64,000 bases of DNA from Bifidobacterium breve (GCA_945863115.1 CAMAYZ010000004.1:30171-94170), one strand, 5' to 3'; shown: positions 28,500 through 38,835, counted from the stretch's first letter. The notes: generated from the sequence alone by a model not told the origin. Numbers and translations are program-made.

Positions 28500-29267
28500 T
28501 TAGTGATCTTCCTTCATGCCTTCTGCTGCTGACTTCAGACGAGCAATCTTGTAGATTGTTAGTCCGAATACGCACTTAGCAAGAACGTCGGCGATTGTGT
28601 AACCGATTTGACGGTTAACGAATGCGCCTGGATCTGTTGCTGCAGTGTCTGTAAGGATTGGCAGTAGGTATGAGATTGGGTAAACGCCCCATGTTGCGAT
28701 CAATAGAAGACGTAGGCGACCAACGGTTGCTGCTACACCTTCTGGTTGACGATCAAGTGACTTACCAAGCTCTACGAATAGGACGTAAAGGATGTATAGG
28801 AAAGGAAGTGTTGATAGAACGCCCCAAATTACTTTTGGATTTGTTTCTGTTGCGATTTCACCTGGGTAACCAAGTGCGATCATCGCTGCTGATGCAGGAA
28901 CAAGGCGAGCAATGAGTGAACTTGCTGCAGCCTTAGCTAGCGCAAGAACAGCAATAACTTCTACAAGTAGTAGAGGTACTGTCAGGATCCAGTCAACATA
29001 ACGGTATGCCTCATTGAATGCACCTTTTGCAGTTCCAACTGTTACGCCGCCATCAACTGATGACTCTTCGAATGAGTTGAATATGCGCCAGTAGTGATAT
29101 GCAGCAATGAAAGTAACCATTGAAGATAGGACTAGAGCGTTACGGTACTTCGGTAGAACGCGAGCTTGTGACACCAATGTGTAAACGGTGCATGCAAGCA
29201 TCGAGATCAAGCCAAAGGAGAACATGTTGTAAAGCGTGCTCCATTGACCGTTTGTTAGGTTTACCAT
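28500..29267 (-). CDS. actinorhodopsin / xanthorhodopsin-type light-driven proton pump
   Basis: 255-aa seven-helix protein. RYVDWILTVPLLLVE gives the DTE motif (D92, T96, E103) with Leu at the spectral-tuning position (L100). Schiff-base Lys in YTIADVLAK (K231). Strong SD GGAGG. Confidence 0.95.
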   Translation of the reverse strand: MVNLTNGQWSTLYNMFSFGLISMLACTVYTLVSQARVLPKYRNALVLSSMVTFIAAYHYWRIFNSFEESSVDGGVTVGTAKGAFNEAYRYVDWILTVPLLLVEVIAVLALAKAAASSLIARLVPASAAMIALGYPGEIATETNPKVIWGVLSTLPFLYILYVLFVELGKSLDRQPEGVAATVGRLRLLLIATWGVYPISYLLPILTDTAATDPGAFVNRQIGYTIADVLAKCVFGLTIYKIARLKSAAEGMKEDH

Positions 29268-29269
29268 TT

Positions 29270-29462
29270 ATATAGCCTCCGTAGGCGTTTTTGGTTCTGG
29301 GCCTCGGATGAGGCTTCAGCCGTAAAAATTGTGATCCCATATGAAGAGCACAAGTTCTGCGTAGTAAAAGGGTAAAGGGCTATGACGGAAAAATCACGGC
29401 TATATCTCAGGAATTTTCCCTAATTTTGACGATTTTAAGCGTGTGGGTGGCTGCATATAGCC
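29270..29462. repeat. three copies of the 8-mer ATATAGCC / GGCTATAT in the rhodopsin-radA intergenic region
   Basis: ATATAGCC at 29270-29277 and 29455-29462. Its reverse complement GGCTATAT is at 29398-29405. A 7/8 copy (GGCTATGA) is at 29378-29385. Confidence 0.5.
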
Positions 29463-29463
29463 T
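29458..29463 (+). promoter_or_regulatory. candidate -10 hexamer TAGCCT, 6 nt upstream of ATG 29470 (radA)
   Basis: TANNNT at -12..-7. No SD upstream of radA. Confidence 0.45.
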
Positions 29464-29469
29464 TCTGGC

Positions 29470-30846
29470 ATGGCAAAAAAGGCAGCTCCGACCAAAGACC
29501 CATTCCGCTGTTCTGAATGCGGATGGAGCACCACTAAGTGGGTCGGAAGGTGCGGAGAGTGCCAAGCCTGGGGCGTTGTTGAAGAAGTCGCAGCCCCTAA
29601 GAAGCTATCCCTTGTCGCTGGGCAGGTAACTTCGCCAGCTCTGCCAATCGGTGAAGTTAGTTTAGAAAATGCGAAGGCAAGATCTAGCGGAGTAAGTGAA
29701 CTTGATCGTGTTCTTGGTGGCGGTTTAGTTCCTGGCGCCGCAATTTTATTGGCTGGCGAACCTGGAGTCGGAAAATCAACTCTCCTATTAAGTGTCGCTG
29801 CAGAAAGTGCACGAGCAAAAATTAACTCGCTTTACATCAGTGGCGAAGAATCAGCTTCTCAAGTTCGGTTACGTGCTGAACGATTAAATGCAATAGATCC
29901 AAACTTATGGCTTGCATCTGAGAATGAATTAAGTTCTGTCATTGCTCATATTGATGCTGTTAAACCACAATTGCTAATAATTGATTCAATCCAAACTATT
30001 GCGAGTGCTGCAGTAGAAGGAGCGCCCGGTGGCGTAACCCAAGTTCGTGAAATCGCAGCAGCACTAATAAGAATTGCAAAAGAGAGATCGATAACTTTAA
30101 TTTTAGTTGGCCATGTTACAAAAGATGGTTCAATCGCTGGCCCAAGACTTCTCGAACATATTGTTGATGTGGTTTTAAATTTTGAAGGCGAACGTCACTC
30201 CAGATTACGTTTAATTCGCGCAATTAAAAATCGTTTCGGTGCATCTGATGAAGTTGGCTGCTTCGATATGAATGAGAATGGAATTACTTCACTTCCAGAT
30301 CCAACTGGGCTATTTACAACCCGACATGGAGAACCTGTTCCAGGAACTTGCGTAACAGTTACTCTCGAAGGCAGACGGCCTTTGCTCGCCGAGATTCAAG
30401 CACTTGTTGGTGCGGCGGTTCCAGATGGCAGAGATTTTGGAAATTCTCGTCGAGTTACATCGGGCCTAGATAATCCACGGACTGCAATGACTTTAGCTGT
30501 TCTAGAGCTTAGGGCGAATATTCGAGTTTCTGGTCGCGATGTTTATGTTGCAACTGTTGGTGGAATGAAAATTTCAGAACCTGCTGCAGATCTTGCAGTT
30601 GCACTTGCTGTTGGTTCGGCCGCTAAAGGACTTGCACTACCTGCAGATTTAATCGCAATTGGCGAAGTTGGACTTGCTGGCGAAATTAGAAAAGTAACAG
30701 GAGCAACTCAGAGAATTGCTGAAGCGGCTCGATTAGGATTTAAAAAGGCGATGGTTCCAGCAGGCAGCGATATAAAGATTCCTGGAATTGAAATTATGGA
30801 GGTCGCCCGCTTAGAGCAGGCGATCGCTCGCGTAAAGATTAATTAA
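29470..30846 (+). CDS. radA: DNA repair protein RadA/Sms
   Basis: N-terminal zinc finger (CSECGWSTTKWVGRCGEC), Walker A GEPGVGKST, KNRFG motif and a Lon-like C-terminal domain. Confidence 0.95.
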   Translation: MAKKAAPTKDPFRCSECGWSTTKWVGRCGECQAWGVVEEVAAPKKLSLVAGQVTSPALPIGEVSLENAKARSSGVSELDRVLGGGLVPGAAILLAGEPGVGKSTLLLSVAAESARAKINSLYISGEESASQVRLRAERLNAIDPNLWLASENELSSVIAHIDAVKPQLLIIDSIQTIASAAVEGAPGGVTQVREIAAALIRIAKERSITLILVGHVTKDGSIAGPRLLEHIVDVVLNFEGERHSRLRLIRAIKNRFGASDEVGCFDMNENGITSLPDPTGLFTTRHGEPVPGTCVTVTLEGRRPLLAEIQALVGAAVPDGRDFGNSRRVTSGLDNPRTAMTLAVLELRANIRVSGRDVYVATVGGMKISEPAADLAVALAVGSAAKGLALPADLIAIGEVGLAGEIRKVTGATQRIAEAARLGFKKAMVPAGSDIKIPGIEIMEVARLEQAIARVKIN

Positions 30847-30857
30847 TTTCTAATTAA

Positions 30858-33362
30858 TTATTTAGGTGTTGGTGCTTCAGCTAAATGACCAGGAGTATCT
30901 GGCATTTCAGTCTTAGGCATTCCCTTGAAGGTGAAAATTTCTTTCTCATCTTCGATAGTTGTTCCAACCAAGATAATTTCTGCAGCCTTTAGATCGCCAA
31001 AGAGAATCTTCTCTGAAAGCACATCTTCGATTTCACGTTGAATGCAACGACGAAGTGGACGGGCACCAAGAAGTGGGTCGTAACCCTTCTTCGCAAGAAG
31101 CGCCTTTGCCTCAGTCGTTAATTCAATTCCCATGTCGCGAGCGCGAAGTCTTTCATCCAAATTAGCAATCATTAGATCAACGATTTGAATAATTTCGTTC
31201 TCAGTCAATTGGTGGAAGACGATTACATCATCGATACGGTTAAGGAACTCTGGGCGGAAATGGCTCTTAAGTTCGTCATTTACCTTGCCCTTCATGCGTT
31301 CGTAGTTTCCTTGCTCGTCTGATGCGTTTGTGAAACCAAGGTTCAAGGTCTTTGAAATATCGCGAGTTCCAAGGTTTGTAGTCATGATGATTATTGTGTT
31401 CTTGAAATCCACAACTCGGCCTTGGGAATCGGTTAAACGACCATCTTCAAGCACTTGTAGAAGTGAATTAAAGATATCTGGGTGTGCCTTTTCAATCTCA
31501 TCAAATAGAACTACAGAGAATGGTTTACGGCGAACCTTTTCAGTTAATTGGCCACCTTCGTCATATCCAACATAACCTGGAGGTGCGCCAAATAACCTTG
31601 AAGCGGTGTGCTTCTCGGAATATTCCGACATATCTAGCTGGATAAGTGCATTTGAATCCCCGAATAGGAATTGGGCAAGAGTTCTTGATAGCTCTGTTTT
31701 ACCAACACCGGAAGGACCGGCAAAGATAAATGAACCACCTGGGCGCTTTGGATCTTTAAGTCCAGCGCGAGTACGACGAATTGCTTGTGAGAGCGCCTTA
31801 ATTGCTTGTTCTTGCCCAATCACGCGGCGATGTAGTTCATCTTCCATGCGAAGCAGGCGTGCAGTTTCAGCTTCAGTTAATTTAAATACTGGAATTCCAG
31901 TTGCGTTAGATAGAACTTCAGCGATTAGCTCTTCGGTAACTTCTGCAACCACATCGAGGTCACCAGCTTTCCAAGTCTTTTCAGCTTCATTCTTCTCAGT
32001 GATTAAGGTCTTCTCTTTGTCGCGGAAACTCGCGGCACCCTCGAAGTCTTGAGAATCAATTGCAGACTCTTTCGCCTTGCGGGCTTCAGCAATTTTGTCA
32101 TCATAAGCGCGAAGCTCTGGTGGCGCTGTCATGCGACGAATACGTAACCTTGAACCAGCTTCATCAATTAAATCAATTGCCTTATCTGGCAAGAAGCGAT
32201 CTGAAATATAGCGATCGGCCATTTGAGCTGCGCCAACTAGTGCGCCATCTGTGATTGAAACTTTATGGTGTGATTCGTAGCGATCACGAAGTCCCTTAAG
32301 GATTTCAATTGTGTGTTCAACAGTTGGTTCTGCAACTTGAATTGGTTGGAAGCGACGTTCTAGCGCTGCATCTTTCTCAAAGTGCTTGCGGTATTCGTCA
32401 AGAGTAGTTGCGCCGACTGTCTGTAATTCGCCGCGGGCAAGCATTGGTTTCAGGATACTTGCGGCATCAATTGCACCTTCAGCAGCTCCAGCACCAACTA
32501 GTGTGTGAATCTCGTCAATGAAAAGAATGATGTCGCCACGAGTACGAATCTCTTTTAGAACTTTCTTTAAACGCTCTTCGAAATCTCCACGGTAGCGGCT
32601 TCCGGCAACTAGTGCACCGAGATCAAGTGAGTAAACCTGCTTATCTTTTAGGGTTTCAGGAACATCGCCCTTAATAATTGATTGTGCTAAACCTTCAACA
32701 ATTGCAGTCTTACCAACACCTGGTTCACCAATTAGAACTGGGTTGTTCTTGGTGCGGCGAGAGAGAACTTGCATAACTCTTTCGATCTCTTTGTCGCGAC
32801 CAATTACGGGATCAAGTTTTCCTTCGCGCGCAGCTTGAGTTAAGTTGCGACCAAATTGATCAAGAACTAAAGATGTTGATGGAGTTCCTTCTGCAGGTCC
32901 ACCTGAAGTTGCCGCTTCTTTTCCTTGGTATCCAGAGAGAAGTGAAATTACTTGGGTGCGAACTCGATTTAAATCTGCACCAAGTTTTACTAATACTTGT
33001 GCGGCCACGCCTTCGCCTTCGCGAATTAATCCAAGGAGAATATGTTCAGTGCCGATGTAATTGTGACCTAGTTGTAGCGCCTCACGAAGTGAGAGTTCAA
33101 GAACTTTTTTCGCACGAGGTGTAAATGGGATATGTCCGGAAGGTGCTTGTTGACCTTGACCGATTATCTCTTCAACTTGTGAGCGAACAGCTTCAAGTGA
33201 AATACCAAGTGCTTCTAGTGCCTTGGCTGCTACGCCTTCGCCTTCATGAATTAAACCAAGAAGAATATGTTCGGTGCCGATGTAATTATGGTTGAGCATG
33301 CGTGCCTCTTCTTGGGCCAGCACGACAACACGTCGGGCTCGATCAGTAAAGCGCTCGAACAT
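30858..33362 (-). CDS. clpC: ATP-dependent Clp protease ATP-binding subunit ClpC
   Basis: 834 aa with a duplicated Clp-N repeat ([12 protein letters not shown] twice), two AAA+ modules ([16 protein letters not shown]) and a UVR-like linker. Confidence 0.95.
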   Translation of the reverse strand: MFERFTDRARRVVVLAQEEARMLNHNYIGTEHILLGLIHEGEGVAAKALEALGISLEAVRSQVEEIIGQGQQAPSGHIPFTPRAKKVLELSLREALQLGHNYIGTEHILLGLIREGEGVAAQVLVKLGADLNRVRTQVISLLSGYQGKEAATSGGPAEGTPSTSLVLDQFGRNLTQAAREGKLDPVIGRDKEIERVMQVLSRRTKNNPVLIGEPGVGKTAIVEGLAQSIIKGDVPETLKDKQVYSLDLGALVAGSRYRGDFEERLKKVLKEIRTRGDIILFIDEIHTLVGAGAAEGAIDAASILKPMLARGELQTVGATTLDEYRKHFEKDAALERRFQPIQVAEPTVEHTIEILKGLRDRYESHHKVSITDGALVGAAQMADRYISDRFLPDKAIDLIDEAGSRLRIRRMTAPPELRAYDDKIAEARKAKESAIDSQDFEGAASFRDKEKTLITEKNEAEKTWKAGDLDVVAEVTEELIAEVLSNATGIPVFKLTEAETARLLRMEDELHRRVIGQEQAIKALSQAIRRTRAGLKDPKRPGGSFIFAGPSGVGKTELSRTLAQFLFGDSNALIQLDMSEYSEKHTASRLFGAPPGYVGYDEGGQLTEKVRRKPFSVVLFDEIEKAHPDIFNSLLQVLEDGRLTDSQGRVVDFKNTIIIMTTNLGTRDISKTLNLGFTNASDEQGNYERMKGKVNDELKSHFRPEFLNRIDDVIVFHQLTENEIIQIVDLMIANLDERLRARDMGIELTTEAKALLAKKGYDPLLGARPLRRCIQREIEDVLSEKILFGDLKAAEIILVGTTIEDEKEIFTFKGMPKTEMPDTPGHLAEAPTPK

Positions 33363-33513
33363 CGGTTCCGCCTTTCAGAATGCTAATCACTTAATAGCCC
33401 AACTCTAATGCGAAGGTCTGTAATGAGGCTAACCGAATATTGCCCCTATTTATGCCCGAAAAACTGAGAATTCCCACAATATTTAGTGGCTGGCCCTGAA
33501 TTTTTAAAGAAAT

Positions 33514-34011
33514 TTAAAGGGTGAGAAGCATTCGGGTATTGCCCAGGGTATTTGGCTTGACGCTCTCGAGATCGAGGAATTCGGCTACACCACTGTCGTA
33601 CGAATGCAGAAGTTCGGTGTAAACATCTGGCGATACAGGAGTTCCCTGGATTTCTTTAAAGCCATGTCTTCCAAAAAATTCGGTTTCAAAAGTTAGGCAG
33701 AAAATTCGCTTCACTCCAAGTTCGGCTGCTCTTTTGATTAGCGCTTCGAGAATTCCATGTCCGATTCCTTGCCCTCTAATACTTTCATCAACCGCAACCG
33801 AACGGACTTCAGCTAAGTCTTCCCACAAAACGTGAACCGCGCCGCAGCCCACAATCTTTCCAGAAATCTCTGCGACGGTAAATTCTTGAACGCTTTCATA
33901 AAGCGTTACGGTCTCTTTAGTTAGAAGTCTGCGACTTGCAGCATATTCATCGATGATTGCACGAATTGCTTTAATGTCAGATGTGCGGGCTGCGCGAATA
34001 ATTGTTGACAT
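33514..34011 (-). CDS. GNAT-family amino-acid N-acetyltransferase (short ArgA-like)
   Basis: 165 aa with the acetyl-CoA binding motif RGQGIGHGILE. Size and position match short actinobacterial N-acetylglutamate synthase-like proteins. Confidence 0.7.
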   Translation of the reverse strand: MSTIIRAARTSDIKAIRAIIDEYAASRRLLTKETVTLYESVQEFTVAEISGKIVGCGAVHVLWEDLAEVRSVAVDESIRGQGIGHGILEALIKRAAELGVKRIFCLTFETEFFGRHGFKEIQGTPVSPDVYTELLHSYDSGVAEFLDLESVKPNTLGNTRMLLTL

Positions 34012-34014
34012 ACG

Positions 34015-35541
34015 TTACGACTCTTCCGGTTTAACAAGTGGGAAGAGAATAGTTTCGCGAATTCCAAGTCCAGTAAGTCCCATCAGCAAACGATCGACTC
34101 CCATTCCCATGCCCCCCATCGGTGGCATTGCGTATTCCATCGCACGTAAGAAATCTTCGTCAATCTGCATAGCTTCAAGGTCGCCCTTAGAACCCAGAGC
34201 AGCTTGTTCAATTAAACGTTCGCGTTGAATTACTGGATCAATTAATTCTGAGTATCCGGTTGCAAGTTCAAAACCATCAATATACAAATCCCACTTCTCG
34301 GCGATGCCAGGAATTTCGCGATGTGCGCGAACTAGTGGTGAAGTGTCGATTGGGAAACCCTTAACAAAGATTGGTCCAACTAATTTATCGGCTGCAACGT
34401 GTTCGAAAATTTCTTCAGCTAGCTTTCCAGTTATCCACTTAGGATCGATTTTCATGCCTAATTTTTCAGCGATTTTAACTAGTTCTGCTCGGGGCGTAAG
34501 CGCAGTTACTTCTTGGCCCACTCCTTTTGAAAGTAAATCAAAGAGCGAAGCTTCTTCCCATGAACCACCGAGATCAACTTCTCTTCCGTCATGATGAGTA
34601 ACAACGTGACTTCCAGATGTTGCGAGTGCCGCATCTTGCACGAGTTGGCGAGTTAAGGTCGCAATTGAATTCCAGTCACCATAAGCTTCATAACTTTCAA
34701 TCATTGCAAATTCTGGTGAGTGACTTGAATCCGCGCCTTCATTTCTAAAGTTACGATTAATTTCAAATACTCTTTCAATGCCGCCAACGACGCAGCGCTT
34801 CAAGAAAAGTTCTGGAGCGATTCTCAAAAAGAGTTCCATATCGTATGCGTTACTCAAAGTCTTAAATGGTCTTGCAGCAGCGCCACCATGCATAACTTGG
34901 AGCATCGGAGTTTCAACTTCTACGAATCCACGATTGTGAAAAGTTTCTCGAAGTGAGCGCATAACATTTGGACGTAATCTGGCATTTGCTCGAGCCTCTG
35001 GGCGAACAATCAAATCTACATAACGCATGCGAACGCGGGTTTCTTCGGAAAGTGGCTTATGTTCTACTGGAAGTGGGCGAAGTGACTTCGAAGCCATCTT
35101 CCAGCTTGATGCAAGGATTGAAAGTTCGCCGCGCTTTGAAGTAATAACTTCGCCAGTAACGCTAACTAGATCTCCTAAGTCGACTTCTGATTTCCAGAGA
35201 TTTAATACTTCTTCGCCGACTTTATCGAGCGAGAACATGGCCTGGATTTCAGTTCCGTCACCTTCGCGAACTGTTGCGAAACATAATTTGCCGGTATCAC
35301 GTTTGAAGATAATTCGACCAGCAATACTTTCAACTATTCCAGTAGCAACATCAATCGCCAAATCTTTATGTGCTTCTCGGATTTCTTTAATACTTTTGGT
35401 TCGCGGAACTTCAACTGGATATGGCTCGGACCCGCGCTCAATAATCGCTGCCCGTTTTGCCCTACGAATTCGCAGCTGTTCTGGCAGATCATCAGCATCA
35501 TCCACGACTGGTGGATTTGCCGAGTTCGTTTTTTCGCTCAT
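34015..35541 (-). CDS. lysS: lysine--tRNA ligase (class II)
   Basis: 508 aa with an OB-fold anticodon domain and class II motifs (FRNEG, GMGMGVDRL). Confidence 0.95.
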   Translation of the reverse strand: MSEKTNSANPPVVDDADDLPEQLRIRRAKRAAIIERGSEPYPVEVPRTKSIKEIREAHKDLAIDVATGIVESIAGRIIFKRDTGKLCFATVREGDGTEIQAMFSLDKVGEEVLNLWKSEVDLGDLVSVTGEVITSKRGELSILASSWKMASKSLRPLPVEHKPLSEETRVRMRYVDLIVRPEARANARLRPNVMRSLRETFHNRGFVEVETPMLQVMHGGAAARPFKTLSNAYDMELFLRIAPELFLKRCVVGGIERVFEINRNFRNEGADSSHSPEFAMIESYEAYGDWNSIATLTRQLVQDAALATSGSHVVTHHDGREVDLGGSWEEASLFDLLSKGVGQEVTALTPRAELVKIAEKLGMKIDPKWITGKLAEEIFEHVAADKLVGPIFVKGFPIDTSPLVRAHREIPGIAEKWDLYIDGFELATGYSELIDPVIQRERLIEQAALGSKGDLEAMQIDEDFLRAMEYAMPPMGGMGMGVDRLLMGLTGLGIRETILFPLVKPEES

Positions 35542-35570
35542 AAGGTGAGTAAGCCTACCGTTTAGACTGG

Positions 35571-36347
35571 TTAAGAATTGCGTTCATGAACTAACCGCAG
35601 TCCGATTAAGGTCAAATCTGGCTCGTGGAAATCAATTGTTTCACTGACGCCGATAACTAAAGGCGCAAGGCCACCGGTTGCAATAACGCTTACTTCACCA
35701 GTATCTGGATAAAGATTTAATAGTTCATCCGTAATGCGATTTACCAGACCATCAACCTGTCCTGCAAAACCATAAATTGTTCCAGACTGAAGTGCCTCAA
35801 CTGTATTTTTACCAATTACATTCTTAGGTGTTACTAATTCAACGCGACGTAGTTGTGCTGCACGTGCCGCAAGAGCATCAACTGAAATCTCAATTCCAGC
35901 TGCAAGTGCACCACCTAAAAATTCGCCTTTAGGTGAGACCACATCGAGATTAGTAGAAGTTCCGAAATCAACAACAATGCATGGCCCGTTTTCACCATAG
36001 AGCTCATGAGCGGCCAAAGTGTTTACGATTCGATCTGCGCCAATTTCTTTTGGATTATCAACTTGAAGTGGGACGCCAGTCTTAACACCTGGCTCAACAA
36101 TCGTTGTTTTAAGATCTGGATAAAAATTAGTAATCATGGTTCGTAGTTCGCGAAGAGTCGAGGGAACTGTGGAACAAATTGCAAGAGCAGTAATTTCGAA
36201 CCCTGCTACGAGTGCGGAATAGCGAACCCACAATTCATCCGATGTATCTCTGGGATCTGTCTTTACTCGCCAGCTTCGAATTAGCGCTTTATCTTCAAAT
36301 ACTCCTAAAACCGTATTTGTATTTCCAACATCGATTGCCAGTAACAT
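35571..36347 (-). CDS. coaX: type III pantothenate kinase
   Basis: 258 aa with ASKHA fold motifs (LAIDVGNTN, VVDFGTSTN, IATGG). Confidence 0.9.
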   Translation of the reverse strand: MLLAIDVGNTNTVLGVFEDKALIRSWRVKTDPRDTSDELWVRYSALVAGFEITALAICSTVPSTLRELRTMITNFYPDLKTTIVEPGVKTGVPLQVDNPKEIGADRIVNTLAAHELYGENGPCIVVDFGTSTNLDVVSPKGEFLGGALAAGIEISVDALAARAAQLRRVELVTPKNVIGKNTVEALQSGTIYGFAGQVDGLVNRITDELLNLYPDTGEVSVIATGGLAPLVIGVSETIDFHEPDLTLIGLRLVHERNS

Positions 36348-36349
36348 CT

Positions 36350-37228
36350 TTACTCCATTCTCAGATCTAAGCCAATATCTAGAACTGGCGCGGAATGAGT
36401 TAGTGCACCAACAGCTAGATAATCAACTCCGGTTTTTGCATAGGCATGAGCATTACTTAGAATTAATCCACCGGATGCTTCTAACTTTGCCCGGCCAGAA
36501 ACTATCTCCACTGCAGCTCTACATTCTTCGATAGACATATTGTCGAGAAGCACTAAATCCGCACCTGCCTCAACTACTTCACGAAGTTGTTGCAATGAAT
36601 CAACTTCAACTTCTAGTGGCAAATTAGGGAACTTAGCTTTAACTAATTTAAATGCTTGGGCAACGCCTCCCGCAGCAAGAACGTGATTGTCTTTGATTAG
36701 CGCCGCATCTGAGAGCGAGAAGCGATGATTCATTCCGCCACCCATTCGCACTGCATACTTCTCTAATTCTCGTAGTCCAGGTGTTGTTTTGCGAGTGTCA
36801 CGAATCGCAACATTTGTGTCTGCTACTTCATCGACCCAACTCTTGGTAAGCGTTGCGATGCCACTTAAGCGTCCGATGAAATTCAAGGCACTTCGCTCGG
36901 CAAGAAGCAGTGCTTGGGTTTTGCCAGTTGCAACTAGTAGAAGCGAGTTGGCTGATGCAACTTCTCCATCTTTCTTCTTGATTTCATAATCTGTAATTCC
37001 GCATATTTCTAGAACTGCACAAACAACTGGAATTCCAGCTATTACTCCCGGCTTACGGCTCCAAAATTCGGCTACAGCGTTCTGCTCTTCTGGAATTGTG
37101 ACAACTGAAGTTACATCTGATCCACCAGCTAAATCTTCAGTAATAGCCACCCGAATTAAATTTTCAAGAGTTTTTGGATCCAACTGAGAAATTGAAAGTA
37201 ATTCATTAAGCGATTTACTAAATGTCAT
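36350..37228 (-). CDS. nadC: nicotinate-nucleotide pyrophosphorylase (carboxylating)
   Basis: QPRTase motifs (RDTRKTTPGLR, IKDNH, LLDNM). Start set to ATG 37228, which forms an ATGA overlap with the nadB stop. Confidence 0.9.
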   Translation of the reverse strand: MTFSKSLNELLSISQLDPKTLENLIRVAITEDLAGGSDVTSVVTIPEEQNAVAEFWSRKPGVIAGIPVVCAVLEICGITDYEIKKKDGEVASANSLLLVATGKTQALLLAERSALNFIGRLSGIATLTKSWVDEVADTNVAIRDTRKTTPGLRELEKYAVRMGGGMNHRFSLSDAALIKDNHVLAAGGVAQAFKLVKAKFPNLPLEVEVDSLQQLREVVEAGADLVLLDNMSIEECRAAVEIVSGRAKLEASGGLILSNAHAYAKTGVDYLAVGALTHSAPVLDIGLDLRME

Positions 37229-38835
37229 GGCTTTACCTCTGCAAACTTTGAGCGCCATTTTCCATCTTTGTCATAGCTCTGCACAATTCGCTTTATCCAG
37301 CCGTTATTGCACTCCGGAAAATCACTACGCCAATGGGATCCACGCGTTTCTTCCCGCTCTAAGGCGGCCCGAACAATTGCAGTGGCCAGTAAATATAAAT
37401 TTGAAACTTCCCAAGCTTCAATGCATGGCTTATCACTTGTGTGAGTAGCTAATTGCTGCAGAGTTGCAAGAGTTTCATTCAAAGACTGCGCGCTTCGCAT
37501 TACCCCAGCACCTTGACTCATTGCTAATTGCAAAGTCATTTTTATTGCAGGATCCAATAAGAATTCGAGAGATTTCTTCTCACTAGGTTTGCCTTGATCT
37601 GCAATATTTTTCGTAATGTCATCTGAAATTCTGGTTCCAAAGACCAAGCCTTCTAAAAGCGAATTGGATGCTAATCGATTGGCGCCATGTGCGCCGGTGC
37701 AAGCAGTTTCACCACATGCATATAGTCCAGGAATTGAAGTCCGTCCGACTAGATCTACTTTCACACCGCCAGATGAATAATGCGAGGCTGGTGAGACTGG
37801 GATCATCTGTTTTCTTGGATCGATTCCATTTTCTATGCAAGAAGCAAAAATAGTTGGAAATCTCTCTGCAAAATCTTTTATTTTGGTTGTATCAAGCCAG
37901 ACATGTGGTGAATTGCTCTCTTTCATCTGTTTGAAAATTTCAATTGCAACTATATCTCGAGGCGCTAAATCACCTTGTGGATGTTTATCTTTCATAAAGC
38001 GCACGCCTTTATCATTTACAAGCACAGCGCCTTCACCGCGAACTGCCTCACTTATTAACGGTTGCTGTCCACTCAAACTATCGTCACGCCATAAGACCGT
38101 TGGATGGAATTGAATAAATTCAACATCTGCAATTTCTGCGCCAGCGCGAAGTGCAAGTGCTACGCCATCGCCAGTTGAAACTGATGGATTGGTTGTTTGT
38201 GCATAGACCTGGCCCAGACCACCGGTTGCAATTACAACTGCGCGAGCAAGTGCTCGACCAACACCATCTCGACTACCTGCGCCAATTACGTGAAGAGTTA
38301 CACCGCAGACTGCGCCAGAATCTGTCGTTAATACATCGATAGCAAGTGCATTCTCAATTACTTCAATTCCACGGTCGCCATTTACGGCGGCAAGCAACGC
38401 TCTAGAAACTTCAGCTCCTGTTGCATCTCCACCTGCATGCAAGATTCGATTACGTAGATGTCCACCTTCGCGAGTTAGGGAAATTTCGCCGCTCTCAGAT
38501 TTATCAAAGACCGCACCGCGCGCAATAAGTTTACGGACCGCTTCTGGACCTTCAGTGACTAAAACATTTACCGCTTCGTTATCGCACAATCCAGCACCAG
38601 CAATTAAAGTATCTTTTTTATGTTGATCAGGTGTATCGCCAGGCCCAAGTGCTGCTGCAATTCCACCTTGCGCCCACTTAGTAGAGCCTTCATCAATTCT
38701 TGCTTTAGTAACAAGCAGAACTGATAAGCCACTTGATCGTAGATTTAGCGCAGTAGTTAGTCCGGCGACTCCAGAACCAATCACAATTACATCTGCTTCA
38801 ACGGTCCACCCAGGTTTTCCTGCTAATAATTTCAT
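37225..38835 (-). CDS. nadB: L-aspartate oxidase
   Basis: 536-aa flavoprotein (VIVIGSGVAGL, FIQFHPT, HGANRLASNSL). 4-nt overlap with panC. Confidence 0.92.
   Translation of the reverse strand: MKLLAGKPGWTVEADVIVIGSGVAGLTTALNLRSSGLSVLLVTKARIDEGSTKWAQGGIAAALGPGDTPDQHKKDTLIAGAGLCDNEAVNVLVTEGPEAVRKLIARGAVFDKSESGEISLTREGGHLRNRILHAGGDATGAEVSRALLAAVNGDRGIEVIENALAIDVLTTDSGAVCGVTLHVIGAGSRDGVGRALARAVVIATGGLGQVYAQTTNPSVSTGDGVALALRAGAEIADVEFIQFHPTVLWRDDSLSGQQPLISEAVRGEGAVLVNDKGVRFMKDKHPQGDLAPRDIVAIEIFKQMKESNSPHVWLDTTKIKDFAERFPTIFASCIENGIDPRKQMIPVSPASHYSSGGVKVDLVGRTSIPGLYACGETACTGAHGANRLASNSLLEGLVFGTRISDDITKNIADQGKPSEKKSLEFLLDPAIKMTLQLAMSQGAGVMRSAQSLNETLATLQQLATHTSDKPCIEAWEVSNLYLLATAIVRAALEREETRGSHWRSDFPECNNGWIKRIVQSYDKDGKWRSKFAEVKP

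Noticed and set aside
29140-29629. 66-aa (minus) and 67-aa (plus) ORFs reaching into the rhodopsin-radA intergenic region
   Set aside because: Each mostly overlaps the rhodopsin or radA coding sequence in another frame. There is no SD or -10 context. The radA zinc-finger N-terminus fixes the true frame.
33363-33513. ClgR-type operator upstream of clpC
   Set aside because: I looked for a CGC-N5-GCG-like palindrome and found none by eye, so the region is reported only as an unusually long leader.
35027-35548. 173-aa plus-strand ORF
   Set aside because: Antisense shadow of lysS.
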